IMG/VR virus record: IMGVR_UViG_3300037487_001052 | Span: 1 to 35,279 of that record | DNA: 35,279 bases | From: a virus | Lineage: Duplodnaviria; Caudoviricetes | Direction: 5' to 3' (one strand) | Part shown: piece after piece, positions 23,665 to 33,259 of the stretch | Layout of the letters: each line of letters starts with the position of its first letter | How positions within the stretch are numbered: position 1 is the first letter of the stretch | Position numbers and translations under genes: made by a program | Notes under the pieces: generated by a model | What the model was told of the DNA's origin: nothing | Databases searched by the model: none | Seen by the model: the letters and a program-made list of their open reading frames with translations, nothing else

Positions 23665-25325
23665 GGCTGCGTGGCAATCACCTGAACCGCGCCCGTGTTG
23701 AACCGCACGCACAGCTGCGTTTTTCCAGAGCCGTTGTCCTTGGTGTAAACCACGGCTTGGTTTGCAGCGGGGGCAGCAGGATCGCCGGATCGCTCCGTGT
23801 AGATCATTCGGTCGTGGAAGTAGACCCCGCCAATGTTGATCTGGTTGTTTCCAGTTACGGAATCGACTTCCTGATCCTTGCCGATGACGATGTTGTTGCT
23901 GCCCGTGGTGAGGGAATCACCAGCCTTCCAACCGAACAGGCAGTTGTAGGTTCCCGAGAACGGGTTGTTGGAGCCTGCTTGGAATCCGACGATGGTGTTG
24001 CCGTTGGCGACCGTAGTGCCAGACAGATATCCCGTGTGCGTCCCGCTGCCCGCGGTCGCGTTGTTGATCTGCGCGCCTCCGGGAGTCAAGGCCAATCGGA
24101 ATGTGGTGCCGGACTGCCCAACCACGTAATAGGTCACACCGGGAGACAGCGCTCCCGGAAGCGTTCCGGTAGTGGTGAAGGCGACCTTCGTTCCGTTGAC
24201 CGGGGTGCTGGTTGCCCACGTCACGACAATGGGAGACCCGGCGGCAATGGTCACAGAGAACGATGCTTGGCCCGTAGTGTCCTTGGGGTACTGGAACGCC
24301 TGAAACCCGATGACGGTGTTTTCGGATGCGTTGTACGGCGGGTTGGTTGCGAAGAACTCGTTGGTCTGGTTGTCGATTGTGGCGTTGCCCCATCCGGCTC
24401 CGCGCCCAATCATCACGTTGTCCTCGCCCCACCAGTTTCGGTAGGCGGCGTTTGTTCCCACAACCACGTTGTCGCTTGCCTTGCATCCATCCCCAGAGTA
24501 TTCGCCAAGGGCCGTGTTTGCGTCCCCAAGTTGGTTCTGCACCAACGCCTGATTTCCCACGGCCACATTGAAAGCGCCCGTGGTGATTGCAAGTCCTGCC
24601 TGAAACCCGACTGCCGTGTTGCTACGTGACGTAGATGTCGGCTGCACCGCCTGAAGCGCCGATGCACCGACTGCGGTGCTTGCGCCGACATTCATTGCCC
24701 CGGCAAGGCCCCGCAACGCATCGTTTCCGACCGCTACGTTGTTGTTTCCGGTGCCGTTGTTCCGCAGGGTATTTTGACCAATTGCCGTGTTGCCCGCTCC
24801 TGTCGTAGTAAACACAGAAGCATTTTGGCCGACTGCGGTATTGCCACTTGAGGTTACGTCGCGTCCTGCGGCAGAACCGATGAACGTGTTGCTATTCGCG
24901 GTGGTAAAGTTTGAACCTGCGTTTGATCCGATGCAGGTGTTGTCGAACCCGCTTGCATTGCTTGGTCCGCCCGTAATCAGGCGTCCCGCGTTTCGACCCA
25001 CCAGCGTGTTGTCGCATCCCCCGTTGATGTTGTATCCAGCTTGGTAACCCACCGCGGTATTTCGGTTTGCGTCCCCCGTCACGCCGAGGGCTTCGCTTCC
25101 GACTGCGGTGTTCTGGTTTGGGGGCGTAGCCGTGGTCGCCTTCCCCGTTCCCGCTCCCGCTGCTGCGTAGCCAAGCGCCGTCCACACCGCTGCTCCGGTT
25201 CCCACCTTGAATCGTCCCGTATCCGTTTCGTAGGCAATCTCGCCGAGCTGGAGCGTCGGATTCGCGCTGGTGAAGTTAGCGGCCGTATCGCGTCGGATGT
25301 TGATGTTGGCGGTAAAGATCGACAT
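23661..25325 (-). CDS. Fibre protein (Mtd-N/hyaluronidase-like N-terminus and NTAVG beta-roll repeats), probably head-associated
   Basis: RRDTAANFTSANPTLQLGEIAYETDTGRFKVG, then many ~14-aa NTAVGxxA repeats; located within the head module. Confidence 0.75.
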   Translation of the reverse strand: MSIFTANINIRRDTAANFTSANPTLQLGEIAYETDTGRFKVGTGAAVWTALGYAAAGAGTGKATTATPPNQNTAVGSEALGVTGDANRNTAVGYQAGYNINGGCDNTLVGRNAGRLITGGPSNASGFDNTCIGSNAGSNFTTANSNTFIGSAAGRDVTSSGNTAVGQNASVFTTTGAGNTAIGQNTLRNNGTGNNNVAVGNDALRGLAGAMNVGASTAVGASALQAVQPTSTSRSNTAVGFQAGLAITTGAFNVAVGNQALVQNQLGDANTALGEYSGDGCKASDNVVVGTNAAYRNWWGEDNVMIGRGAGWGNATIDNQTNEFFATNPPYNASENTVIGFQAFQYPKDTTGQASFSVTIAAGSPIVVTWATSTPVNGTKVAFTTTGTLPGALSPGVTYYVVGQSGTTFRLALTPGGAQINNATAGSGTHTGYLSGTTVANGNTIVGFQAGSNNPFSGTYNCLFGWKAGDSLTTGSNNIVIGKDQEVDSVTGNNQINIGGVYFHDRMIYTERSGDPAAPAANQAVVYTKDNGSGKTQLCVRFNTGAVQVIATQP

Positions 25326-25331
25326 GGTGGT

Positions 25332-25550
25332 TTACGGGTTGTTGGCTTGCCCGCCGTTGATGACGGAGCTGTAGAGGGTGAACTCCGCATCTCGCCCGTC
25401 CACTCGGTAGGGATAGGCGGTGGTGGTTGCGTTGCCGCCGTCGAATCGCTCGTTATAGCCAGAGGTCGCGTCTGGCGCACGAGACATCAGCTTGCTCGCC
25501 ACCGACGAGCCGCTGATCCGCGAGAGCCTGGGTCGGTTCGCTCGGTTCAT
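25332..25550 (-). CDS. Hypothetical protein, 72 aa
   Basis: TGATG coupling; repeated DGG.A/NGG.A motifs. Confidence 0.6.
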   Translation of the reverse strand: MNRANRPRLSRISGSSVASKLMSRAPDATSGYNERFDGGNATTTAYPYRVDGRDAEFTLYSSVINGGQANNP

Positions 25551-26365
25551 CAGAGGGTGGACCAGAAGCAGCCCATCGTGGGCGTGCCGCTCGACTTGAA
25601 CTGCGCCGTCACGTACTGCGCCCCTGCCAGGTCAAGCATGGCGTAGGCGGGCTCCACGTTCGACGCTGCCGCCGTGGCCGGCGAGTAGAGATTGCCTGAC
25701 GGCGTGCCTGCGACCTGAACGATCCCGCTGAACGTGCGGTGGTTCACCGTGCCGTCGATGGTGTAGTCCGGGACCGTGCCGCTGGTGTAGGTCAGGGTCA
25801 GGTCAGCGAGGACGGTCGGCATGAACCAGAACGACGAAACGCCCGACCGCGTGTAGGTCACCCCGGTCGGCGTGCCCGCGGTCGTGGTGATTGCCGCGCC
25901 CCCGAGCGTGGCCGAGAGCCGGAAGGTGCTCGAGCCGTTCGTGGCGATGATGTAGTACGTGGTCGGGTTGGAGTAGGCCGGCACGGTAATCGTGCCCGAC
26001 CCGCCGAAGGTGCCCGCAATCGTGACCGCCTGCCCGACCGCGAGGGTGGGGTTCGCGTTGCACGTGAAGTTGCCGGCCGTGTCCGCGATGGTCACCCCGG
26101 TCAGGGTGCCGCTCGCGTCCAGGTACTTGCGCCAGCCCAGGACGCGCATCCCGATGCCCGTCTGCGCCGTGGTCGCGGCGACCATGAACGGCAGGACGTA
26201 CAGGAGGGACGGGTTCTGGCCGTTGACCGAGGCCGAGGTGTAGTCGAACAGGAGCCCGGTGGTCGGCGGGCTCTGGACGAGGACGGCGGCTGCGTTGGCG
26301 TAGGTGCTCGGGACGGAGTCGAGCGAGACCCTGCGGAAGTTGTTCTGTGCGGTGGTGATGTCCAT
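25550..26365 (-). CDS. Putative virion structural protein, 271 aa
   Basis: Thr/Ala/Gly-rich beta protein with GAGGAG RBS; shares an internal module with the neighbouring fibre. Confidence 0.7.
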   Translation of the reverse strand: MDITTAQNNFRRVSLDSVPSTYANAAAVLVQSPPTTGLLFDYTSASVNGQNPSLLYVLPFMVAATTAQTGIGMRVLGWRKYLDASGTLTGVTIADTAGNFTCNANPTLAVGQAVTIAGTFGGSGTITVPAYSNPTTYYIIATNGSSTFRLSATLGGAAITTTAGTPTGVTYTRSGVSSFWFMPTVLADLTLTYTSGTVPDYTIDGTVNHRTFSGIVQVAGTPSGNLYSPATAAASNVEPAYAMLDLAGAQYVTAQFKSSGTPTMGCFWSTL

Positions 26366-26366
26366 G

Positions 26367-26972
26367 TCAGATCTCTCCTCGGCGCTTCATGTCGAGCGCG
26401 ATGGCGACTGCCTGGTCCTGCGGCTTGCCCTCTGCGATGAGGGTGCGGATCTTGTCGCTGACGGCCTTGTCGGCCTTCTCCATGAGCTTGAGGCCAGCCT
26501 TCACGTCCTCGCGCTCGAGGTCGGAGGGCTTCTCCATCTTGTAGCGTTGCGCCAACTGCTCGAGGCGCTTCAGCAGGCCCGCGGCCGTGACGGAAGGATC
26601 GACTGCGTCCTGAGCGGCCTTGATGTGCCGGCGGGCGCTTTCACGGTCGCCACGAGCGATGGACTGTTCGGCGCGGTCCACGTTCATGGCGACGGTCTGC
26701 TGTGCACTCATCGTGGCCTTCTCGGCCGTGACCTTCGCGCCGGGGCGGGAGGACACATAAACAGGCTCACCCGCGTTCGCCTTGCGGAGCATTTCCTTGG
26801 CAGATTGTTCGTTGTGTTCCTTGGCGACAGTCTTGCCAGCCTTGTCTACAAGCAACCAAGTCGGCTCGCCATACAGACCGGACGCGATGTATCGCAGCGT
26901 GAACGGGCCACGGCCCTTCGTGTCCCGCATCCCCATCTTCGCCTTCTCGCTCTTGTTGCTCATGTCTCGCAT
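26367..26972 (-). CDS. Hypothetical basic protein with C-terminal GKPQDQAVAIA motif
   Basis: Open frame between the gpF-like gene and the next structural gene; GGAGG RBS. Confidence 0.7.
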   Translation of the reverse strand: MRDMSNKSEKAKMGMRDTKGRGPFTLRYIASGLYGEPTWLLVDKAGKTVAKEHNEQSAKEMLRKANAGEPVYVSSRPGAKVTAEKATMSAQQTVAMNVDRAEQSIARGDRESARRHIKAAQDAVDPSVTAAGLLKRLEQLAQRYKMEKPSDLEREDVKAGLKLMEKADKAVSDKIRTLIAEGKPQDQAVAIALDMKRRGEI

Positions 26973-26993
26973 CGTAGCGTTCCTCCGTTCGGT

Positions 26994-28073
26994 TCACGCA
27001 TTCACGAAGCCCGGATCGGGGATCTGCCCCGCGTCAAGCAGGCGCTGCCTCGCGCCGTTGTGTCGCTTGATCGCCGCGTAGTCCAAGGTGCCATCCGGGC
27101 GCGTCCAGCCCTTGTCCACGGCCATCGCCGCCGGCACGGGGATCAGCGCACAGCGGCAGTTGAAGCCCGCAGGCGGCCCGATCCCCATGCGGTCGAAGTC
27201 GGCCATCGTCCCCACGTAGCCGTCGAAGGCGCGGTGAGTATCCCGCGTCCTGGGGTCCTTCGTCGCGCTGAACTCGACCAGCGGCACGAACGCCTGCACC
27301 CGCTCGTCCCGCAGGACCTCGGCCGCCCCCTCGGTGGCAGCCCGGTTCGTGTTGGTACGAAGCACGGTCTCGAGCCGCGCCGACGAGAGCTCCGTGCCCG
27401 TCAAGGCCTGCGCCGTGGTCACGAAGTCGCCGAGGTTCATGCTCTTGATGAGCTTGCCGACCGTGCTCTTCCCGGGCTTCTCCTCGATCACCCGAGCGAT
27501 GAGCTCCTGCACCTGGGCGGTCTGGCGGGGGTTCAGCCCGGTCACGAAGAAGGTCTCGTCGGTGATCCGCTTGACGGTCGTGATCCCCCCCTTGTCGGGG
27601 CGGCTGATGACCCCCCGCAGGAGGCCGTCGAGGATGGGGCTGCGCTTGCGGAGGTCCACGAGGGCGTTGTCGCGCTCGTGCTCGCCGACCTCGCGGGCGC
27701 TCTCCCGGGCGGCCCGGACGAGCAGCTCCCAATCCTTGCGGGAGATCGGGATGCGCCGGCGGAACCACGAGGCGATGGGCTTCAGCCACTTGGACCCGAA
27801 CTCGGAGGAGATGGGCAGGGCGGCAAACTCAACCGCGTCCCCGTCCTCGAGCAGGCCCTCCACGGCCTCGTCGGGGATGCGGGCGCGGTCGATGCTGCCG
27901 CGGGCCCCGGCCAGCCATGAGGCCATCAGGAGGGCCGCCGCGAGCTCGCCGAACTCCTCCCATGCCTCGGTCGCGTCCTGGCCCCTGACCTGTGCGGCGA
28001 GGGCGCGGCGGTAGGCCTGCTGCGCCTCGCGCAGGACCGTGCGGAGGTGCTTGTCAAGGCTCTCGCGCTTCAT
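26994..28073 (-). CDS. Minor head morphogenesis protein (Mu gpF / SPP1 gp7 family)
   Basis: RLETVLRTN, DPRTRDTH and PPAGFNCRC motifs; follows the portal gene. Confidence 0.9.
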   Translation of the reverse strand: MKRESLDKHLRTVLREAQQAYRRALAAQVRGQDATEAWEEFGELAAALLMASWLAGARGSIDRARIPDEAVEGLLEDGDAVEFAALPISSEFGSKWLKPIASWFRRRIPISRKDWELLVRAARESAREVGEHERDNALVDLRKRSPILDGLLRGVISRPDKGGITTVKRITDETFFVTGLNPRQTAQVQELIARVIEEKPGKSTVGKLIKSMNLGDFVTTAQALTGTELSSARLETVLRTNTNRAATEGAAEVLRDERVQAFVPLVEFSATKDPRTRDTHRAFDGYVGTMADFDRMGIGPPAGFNCRCALIPVPAAMAVDKGWTRPDGTLDYAAIKRHNGARQRLLDAGQIPDPGFVNA

Positions 28074-29557
28074 CGCTTCCGCTTGCGGACGGCGGCGACC
28101 TTCGGGGCCTCGGGGGCAGGCTCCTCGCCCTCGTCAGGCTCGTTGCCCTTGCCCAGGAGCGCCGCGAGGGGGTTGTCGCTCGCGCCGGCCCCGGCCCCGC
28201 CGCCGAGGACCGAATCGCCTTCGGCGGGCTCGGACAGGCCGAGGAGATCGCGGACCTCGCGCTCGCTGACGCGGCCGCCGAGCTGCACGAAGGCTTGGAT
28301 CGCCTCCATGCGTTCCTTGGCGTTGGGGCGCTCGGGGGCGAACTCGAAGCGAAGGCCGCGGGCCTCCTCCTCGGTCGCGCCGAGCATCCCGGCCACGACG
28401 CGGACGAAGTCGCTCGTGAAGCTCTCGGCGAGGCTGTCGGCGTGGTAGCGGATGACGCGGGAGAGGGTGTCGGCGTGGAGGTCGGCGACCCCGGAGCCGA
28501 GGCCCGTGCTTCCGGCCTCGCTCGAGAGGCTCTGGCCGAGGATGGCCTCCTTGAGCTTGCCCGAGAGCCAGTTGACCATCTCCATGAAGATCTGGGCGCG
28601 GCCTGCGTTCGCGTCCTTGATGTCGATGTCGTACATCGACTCGTTCGGCCCGATCCTCGGGAGCACGACGCTGTTGTCGTTCACGAGGTTCTGGAGGATG
28701 GTGAGCATCTCGCTCTTGGCCGCGTCGTTGCCCGAGGGGTAGTACCCGACCCGGATGCCGAGGGCGTATCGCTCCGCGTATGCGGCGGCGTTCTGCAGGA
28801 TCTCCTGCTTGAGCAGCCAGATGTACCAGCACACGTCGCGGGCCCCCACGCCGCGGTAGACGGCCTCGCTCGTGTTGGGGTCGATGAAGTTTGGCGCGGT
28901 GGTGAACACCCGGTGCAGGATGACGGCGCGGCGCTCGTTCTCATCGAACAGGTGGACAAGGGAGTCGAAGCCGAGGTCGGTGACGCTCGGCTCGTTGATG
29001 TACGCGCTGCCGACGCGCATGGCGAGGTTGCCGTACTGGTCGAAGGCGAGCGTATCGCTGGCGAATGGCATCCACTCCCGGACGCGCACGCCGAGCTTGG
29101 GGTCGCGCTCGTAGACGATGTTGGCCGCGGAGCAGCCGTACCAGACGGCCTCGTGCAGGGCGCGGAAGAGGTCGCTGCGGCGGGGGATCGCGTCGATGAT
29201 CTCGGTGAGGCGCTCGGCCAGGGCGACGAGGCGTGGGTTCTCGTCATCGGCGGGCACGACGGCCCACTCGAGGCCGGCGAGGGTGACGAGGAGCGAGCGC
29301 AGGACACCCTCGATGTCCGCGTCCATCCGCATCATGGCCTGGTAGTTGGGGTCGAGCCTGTAGGCGAGGCTCGAGTTCCGCAGCATTAGGGACGCGGTGC
29401 GGAAGAAGCTGCGCTGGACCTCGACGGGGAGGGCGAGGGGCCCGGTGGGGCCGCGCTGCACGGGCGGCTTGAGCGGCTTGCGCGGTCGCTTGTCGGGGGG
29501 GAGCCCTGCGCCGGGGATGGCGTTGGGCATCATGGGATTGCTGTGGGGCTCGTTCAT
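28070..29557 (-). CDS. Portal protein (Mu gp29/DUF935 family)
   Basis: AVWYGCS, AERYALGIRVGYY, KEAILGQSLSSE...GLGSGVADLH motifs. Confidence 0.85.
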   Translation of the reverse strand: MNEPHSNPMMPNAIPGAGLPPDKRPRKPLKPPVQRGPTGPLALPVEVQRSFFRTASLMLRNSSLAYRLDPNYQAMMRMDADIEGVLRSLLVTLAGLEWAVVPADDENPRLVALAERLTEIIDAIPRRSDLFRALHEAVWYGCSAANIVYERDPKLGVRVREWMPFASDTLAFDQYGNLAMRVGSAYINEPSVTDLGFDSLVHLFDENERRAVILHRVFTTAPNFIDPNTSEAVYRGVGARDVCWYIWLLKQEILQNAAAYAERYALGIRVGYYPSGNDAAKSEMLTILQNLVNDNSVVLPRIGPNESMYDIDIKDANAGRAQIFMEMVNWLSGKLKEAILGQSLSSEAGSTGLGSGVADLHADTLSRVIRYHADSLAESFTSDFVRVVAGMLGATEEEARGLRFEFAPERPNAKERMEAIQAFVQLGGRVSEREVRDLLGLSEPAEGDSVLGGGAGAGASDNPLAALLGKGNEPDEGEEPAPEAPKVAAVRKRKR

Positions 29558-29560
29558 GGA

Positions 29561-30334
29561 TCAGAGTCCTCGCAAGGCGCGGGAGAGGGCGCGGGATCTT
29601 GCCTTGCTTTCCTCGAGGCGGCGCTTCGCATCGGCAGTCCGCTGGGCGCTTGCCTCCTGTTCCTTGGCGATGGCCGCAGCTCTGGCACGGGCTGCGTCGC
29701 CGGTCTTTCTGACCTCGGCGAGGCGGGCTTCGAGGTCGGCGATGTTGCCGCTTATTTCAGCCATGCGGGGGCTCTGCGCGGCGGCTGGCTGCGGGCCGCG
29801 TGCCTTGGTCTCGGCAAGGCGGGTCTCGGCCTTCTTGACGCGAGCATCGGCCCGTCGCGCATCGGCGGCCTTGCGCGTTTCGTAGTCGCGGTCGATCTTG
29901 CTGCGGGTCTCGTGGAGGTACTGCTCGGTGAAGGTGCGCCCGGAGGCGCGGGCTCGGTCCTCGATCCCCTGTGCGGCGCTGCCCTTGGGCTTGGCCGATC
30001 CCGATCCCTTGGCCGATCCGCCGCCCTCCTCGCCGCCGCACGTGTTCCCGGGCTTGAAGCCTCCGGGGCCCACGCCGCAGTTGAAGCGAGCCTTGCCCTC
30101 GGTTGCCGTGACGGTCTGCCACGTGATGGGGCGGGCCTCGGTGCCGAACATGGCCACGTAGTAGCGGTGGCCGTCCTGCACGGGCTGCATGGCGAGCGCG
30201 TCGAAGTCAAAGCCCGTCTTGCGGAACGGGAAGAGCATCCGGTATTCCCGGGCCGAGACCAGGCGGATGAACCCGCCCGCGTTGGGAATGCGCGTCTTGC
30301 CCGCGTACCACTTGACGTTCATGGGTCGGCTCAT
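29561..30334 (-). CDS. Hypothetical protein with CGxGxGGFKPGNTC motif and coiled-coil tail
   Basis: ATG 30334 lies 7 nt after a TAGACT -10 (30347-30342). The ORF extension to 30727 overlaps terL and is spurious. Confidence 0.7.
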   Translation of the reverse strand: MSRPMNVKWYAGKTRIPNAGGFIRLVSAREYRMLFPFRKTGFDFDALAMQPVQDGHRYYVAMFGTEARPITWQTVTATEGKARFNCGVGPGGFKPGNTCGGEEGGGSAKGSGSAKPKGSAAQGIEDRARASGRTFTEQYLHETRSKIDRDYETRKAADARRADARVKKAETRLAETKARGPQPAAAQSPRMAEISGNIADLEARLAEVRKTGDAARARAAAIAKEQEASAQRTADAKRRLEESKARSRALSRALRGL

Positions 30335-30353
30335 CGGTCGCAGTCTACCGCTG

Positions 30354-31799
30354 CTACCCGAAGATACGCCGACGCACGGGGCGGTTGTCGAAGAGTCGCG
30401 GGCTGCTCGTGGGGACGGTGACCGCGCCGCCGGCGCTGGCGACCGTGCCACGGGCCGCGGCCTCGCAGAGGTCCACGACCACGTCCACGGTGTCATCGTG
30501 CGCCCCGGCGGGGAAGGACAGCATCTCGTCCACGACGGGGCGGAAGGCGCTCGCCACCTCTCCGTTCTGTCCTTGTGGGAAGGAAAGTTTCCCCTGCTCC
30601 ACGAAGGGCTGCGCGGAGGCGGCCCGGAGGTGCTTGTCGGTGGTGCGCTCGACGGCCACGACGGGCTGGCGGCAGGAGGCGCGGAACTGGTCGAACACGC
30701 CCTTTTGCGGGCCGTTGGCCTCGGCAAGGACCATCTGGGCTCCGCGGCGCTCCACGAGCTCGCGGGCCATGCGGGCGAAGTCGGGGAACGACTCGCGGAC
30801 GCGCAGGATGTCGGTCAGGTACAGGTTGCGGCCGTGGTCCACCTGTCCCACGATGCAGACCGAGTAGTCGGGGTCATCGCGGTCCTGGCGCTTGCGGCCG
30901 TAGCCCCAATCGATGGCGGCGACGGTGCGGGAGCCGTTGGGGGTCTCGTCGTGGTACCGGAGCCATTCCGGCCGGAACACGAGGAGGTCCGAGGAGAGGG
31001 GGACGAGCTCGTAGGCGCGGGCGTAGGCCATCGGGCCGAGGGCCTTGCGGCGGGCCTCGAGGGTGTCGGCGGTGAACGCCTCGGGCCACGGGCTCTCGGT
31101 GCCGCGGCACGGTCGGCGCAGGAGGGAGCGGCCCTCGCACTCGCGCCGCCAGTCGGCGGTGATGTCATCCGTGTGGAAGGGGGTGGCCGACCGCCAGAGC
31201 CGGGTGGGGTGGGCGGCGGTGGGGTCGAGCATGGGCAGCCAGATGTTGGCGACCGACTCCTTGACCTGTTGACGTAACGCGGGCTGCAGGACGGCGTTGC
31301 GGAGGTCGCATACGTCATCGAGCCAGATGATGTCGGCGCGGCCGCCCGTGCGCCCGAAGATGCCCGAGGCTTGGACGGAGGGGTCGCGGCGGGCGGTCAC
31401 GCCCGGGGCGAAGACGCTCCAGGCCATGATCGTGTCCTCCCCGGGCTTGAGGGTCACGTGGGGGAATACGGCGCGGTAGATGGGGCTGCGGATGATGTCG
31501 CGCAGGAAGCGGCTTGTGGCTGCGGCGGAATCGTCGTTGGAGCCGACGAGCTTGATGCGGGTGGTGGGGCGGTTGCCGAGCCACCAGGCGCAGAGGTAGG
31601 TGAGGGTCGAGGTCTTGGCGTGGCCGCGGGGGAGCTCGGCGTACCAGGCGTGGTGGTCGAGGGCGTGGGCGAGCAGCTCGCGCTGGAGGGCGGGGACGGT
31701 CTTGCCGAGGCAGAGGGCGATGAAGGCGGCGGGGTTGTCCCGAGCGCCTTGGACGGCCTGTGCGGGGGTCAGCGGCGGCGCTTTGGCTTTGCGGGGCAC
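30354..31799 (-). CDS. terL: Terminase large subunit
   Basis: Walker A PRGHAKTS, Walker B IIWLDD, nuclease AAIDWG and FPAGAHDDTVD. Confidence 0.92.
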   Translation of the reverse strand: MPRKAKAPPLTPAQAVQGARDNPAAFIALCLGKTVPALQRELLAHALDHHAWYAELPRGHAKTSTLTYLCAWWLGNRPTTRIKLVGSNDDSAAATSRFLRDIIRSPIYRAVFPHVTLKPGEDTIMAWSVFAPGVTARRDPSVQASGIFGRTGGRADIIWLDDVCDLRNAVLQPALRQQVKESVANIWLPMLDPTAAHPTRLWRSATPFHTDDITADWRRECEGRSLLRRPCRGTESPWPEAFTADTLEARRKALGPMAYARAYELVPLSSDLLVFRPEWLRYHDETPNGSRTVAAIDWGYGRKRQDRDDPDYSVCIVGQVDHGRNLYLTDILRVRESFPDFARMARELVERRGAQMVLAEANGPQKGVFDQFRASCRQPVVAVERTTDKHLRAASAQPFVEQGKLSFPQGQNGEVASAFRPVVDEMLSFPAGAHDDTVDVVVDLCEAAARGTVASAGGAVTVPTSSPRLFDNRPVRRRIFG

Positions 31800-32191
31800 G
31801 CGGGCTGCTGCGGCTGGAGGGCGCGGGCGACGGCCGACAGAGCGCTGTCGGGGAGTTCATGCACGACCTCGACTCGGTCGGTCGCGGTCCCGGCATCAAG
31901 GCGGTTGATGCGGTCGAGGTCGATGCAGGCTTCGATGTCGGCCTTGCGGAGGGCGGCGATGAGTTCGGTGGCGCGAATGCGGTCCCGGGGGCTTGCGTTG
32001 GGGTCGGAGGCGATGGCGTAGACCTCGCGTGGGAGGACGGTTGCGGCCTCCTCGGGGATCTTCCACCCGTTGTACACGGCCTGCTCAAGGACGCGGAGGT
32101 GCTGGCGCTGCTCCCACCGCTGCGCTCGCAATGCGGCATCATCGGGAATACCCCCCACACCCCCCGACTCGCCATCGGCTGGTTTGCTCAT
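31769..32191 (-). CDS. Putative terminase small subunit, 140 aa
   Basis: Immediately upstream of terL; AAGGAGGT RBS; helical PRDRIRATELIAAL segment. Confidence 0.6.
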   Translation of the reverse strand: MSKPADGESGGVGGIPDDAALRAQRWEQRQHLRVLEQAVYNGWKIPEEAATVLPREVYAIASDPNASPRDRIRATELIAALRKADIEACIDLDRINRLDAGTATDRVEVVHELPDSALSAVARALQPQQPACPAKPKRRR

Positions 32192-32210
32192 CGTGACCTC
32201 CTTGATGATC

Positions 32211-32453
32211 TTACGACGCTTGCTCGAGCTTGATGCGGAAGCCTGCGGCGCGGGCGAGCTTCAGGACCGAGTCGAAGGTGGGCTTGCGCCGGCCGATGCG
32301 GGTTCCCGGGGTGCCGAGGAGGCAGCGCACGGTATGGGCGCGGAGGATGCCTTCGGCCTCCATGCTGCGGGCGAGGCCGCTGCGGGTGCCGCCTGTCGTG
32401 GCCACCTGCTCGGTGATCGCGGCCTTGAAATCGTTGTAGTCGTTGATGACCAT
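32211..32453 (-). CDS. XRE/Cro-like HTH protein, about 80 aa
   Basis: TRSGLAR...KPTFDSVLKLARAAG. ATG 32453 lies 7 nt after an extended -10 (TGg-TATGCT). Confidence 0.7.
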   Translation of the reverse strand: MVINDYNDFKAAITEQVATTGGTRSGLARSMEAEGILRAHTVRCLLGTPGTRIGRRKPTFDSVLKLARAAGFRIKLEQAS

Positions 32454-32471
32454 ATGCGGGAGCATACCACG

Positions 32472-32798
32472 CTACGAGGTCGCAGCAGGGGGCTCGGGTG
32501 GTTCAGGCGGGTCGGGTTCTGCGCCCATGTCGATGGCGGTGGCGGCCCAGCAGATGCGGAAGGTGCCTGCGCCGTAGTCCTGGGTCTCGATGTGGTCGCT
32601 GACGAAGTTTCGTGCGGCGCGGTGGTTCATGCCGTCGCGGTCGCGGAGTCTGGCGGCGATCATGTCTGCCGAGTAGATGGCGACGGGCACGCCTTCGGGC
32701 TCGTTGGCGCGAGGGAAGGACAGCCCGAGGAGGCAATCGTCGTAGCCCTTGAGGAGGATGGGCCCGCGTGGCCGCCTGCGTCGGCTCATGTGGGTCAT
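32472..32798 (-). CDS. Phage hypothetical protein (GYDDCLLG...AIYS...DGM type)
   Basis: ATGA coupling at 32798-32795; protein-like sequence only from MTHMSRR onward. Confidence 0.7.
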   Translation of the reverse strand: MTHMSRRRRPRGPILLKGYDDCLLGLSFPRANEPEGVPVAIYSADMIAARLRDRDGMNHRAARNFVSDHIETQDYGAGTFRICWAATAIDMGAEPDPPEPPEPPAATS

Positions 32799-33253
32799 GG
32801 TACCGCTCTCGGCTGCGGGTTCTTGCGGTGCCAATCGACGGCGACGGCGAGGATGCGCGGGGCGCTCAAGGTCAGGCTGACGCGCTCGCGCACGGTGGCG
32901 ATCTCCTCCGGGGTGGCCGTGGCGAGGATGTCCTCGGCCCAATGGTCCCAGGCCTCGAGCTCGGCCGTGGACGGGCCGGCGATGGCGTTGGCCTCGCGCC
33001 GCGTGCGCCGTGCGTCCATGACGGGCGTGGTGCGGTCCTGCCCACTGATCGCGCAGTAGCGCTTGTGGATCGCGGCGATGTCGGGCTTCGAGTCGCGCTC
33101 GAGGCGGTGCTGGCGGATGCAGTCGCGGAGCTTGTCCTGGTGAAAGTGCTGCCACTTCTCGTAGACGATGTCGCGCACCTCCTTCTCCATCGTGAACTTC
33201 GGCCAGAGGGCCTCCATCAGCGCCATGTTGTCCATGAATCCGGTGCTGTCCAT
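32795..33253 (-). CDS. Possible helicase loader/inhibitor (SPP1 G39P-like), 152 aa
   Basis: LWP...W......CI..H......PDIAAI pattern resembles G39P-like proteins. The gene is solid; the function is tentative. Confidence 0.5.
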   Translation of the reverse strand: MDSTGFMDNMALMEALWPKFTMEKEVRDIVYEKWQHFHQDKLRDCIRQHRLERDSKPDIAAIHKRYCAISGQDRTTPVMDARRTRREANAIAGPSTAELEAWDHWAEDILATATPEEIATVRERVSLTLSAPRILAVAVDWHRKNPQPRAVP

Positions 33254-33259
33254 GCCCGG

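Noticed and set aside
21643-23685. 680-aa plus-strand ORF, and similar long antisense ORFs at 26304-27920, 27992-29389 and 30189-31277
   Set aside because: They mirror well-supported minus-strand structural genes. Stop-poor antisense frames are expected at this GC content and, unlike the methyltransferase second frame, they carry no family motifs.
19402-29557. Mu-like transposable phage
   Set aside because: Head and neck genes are Mu-type, but no transposase A/B, Mor/C or gam gene is visible.
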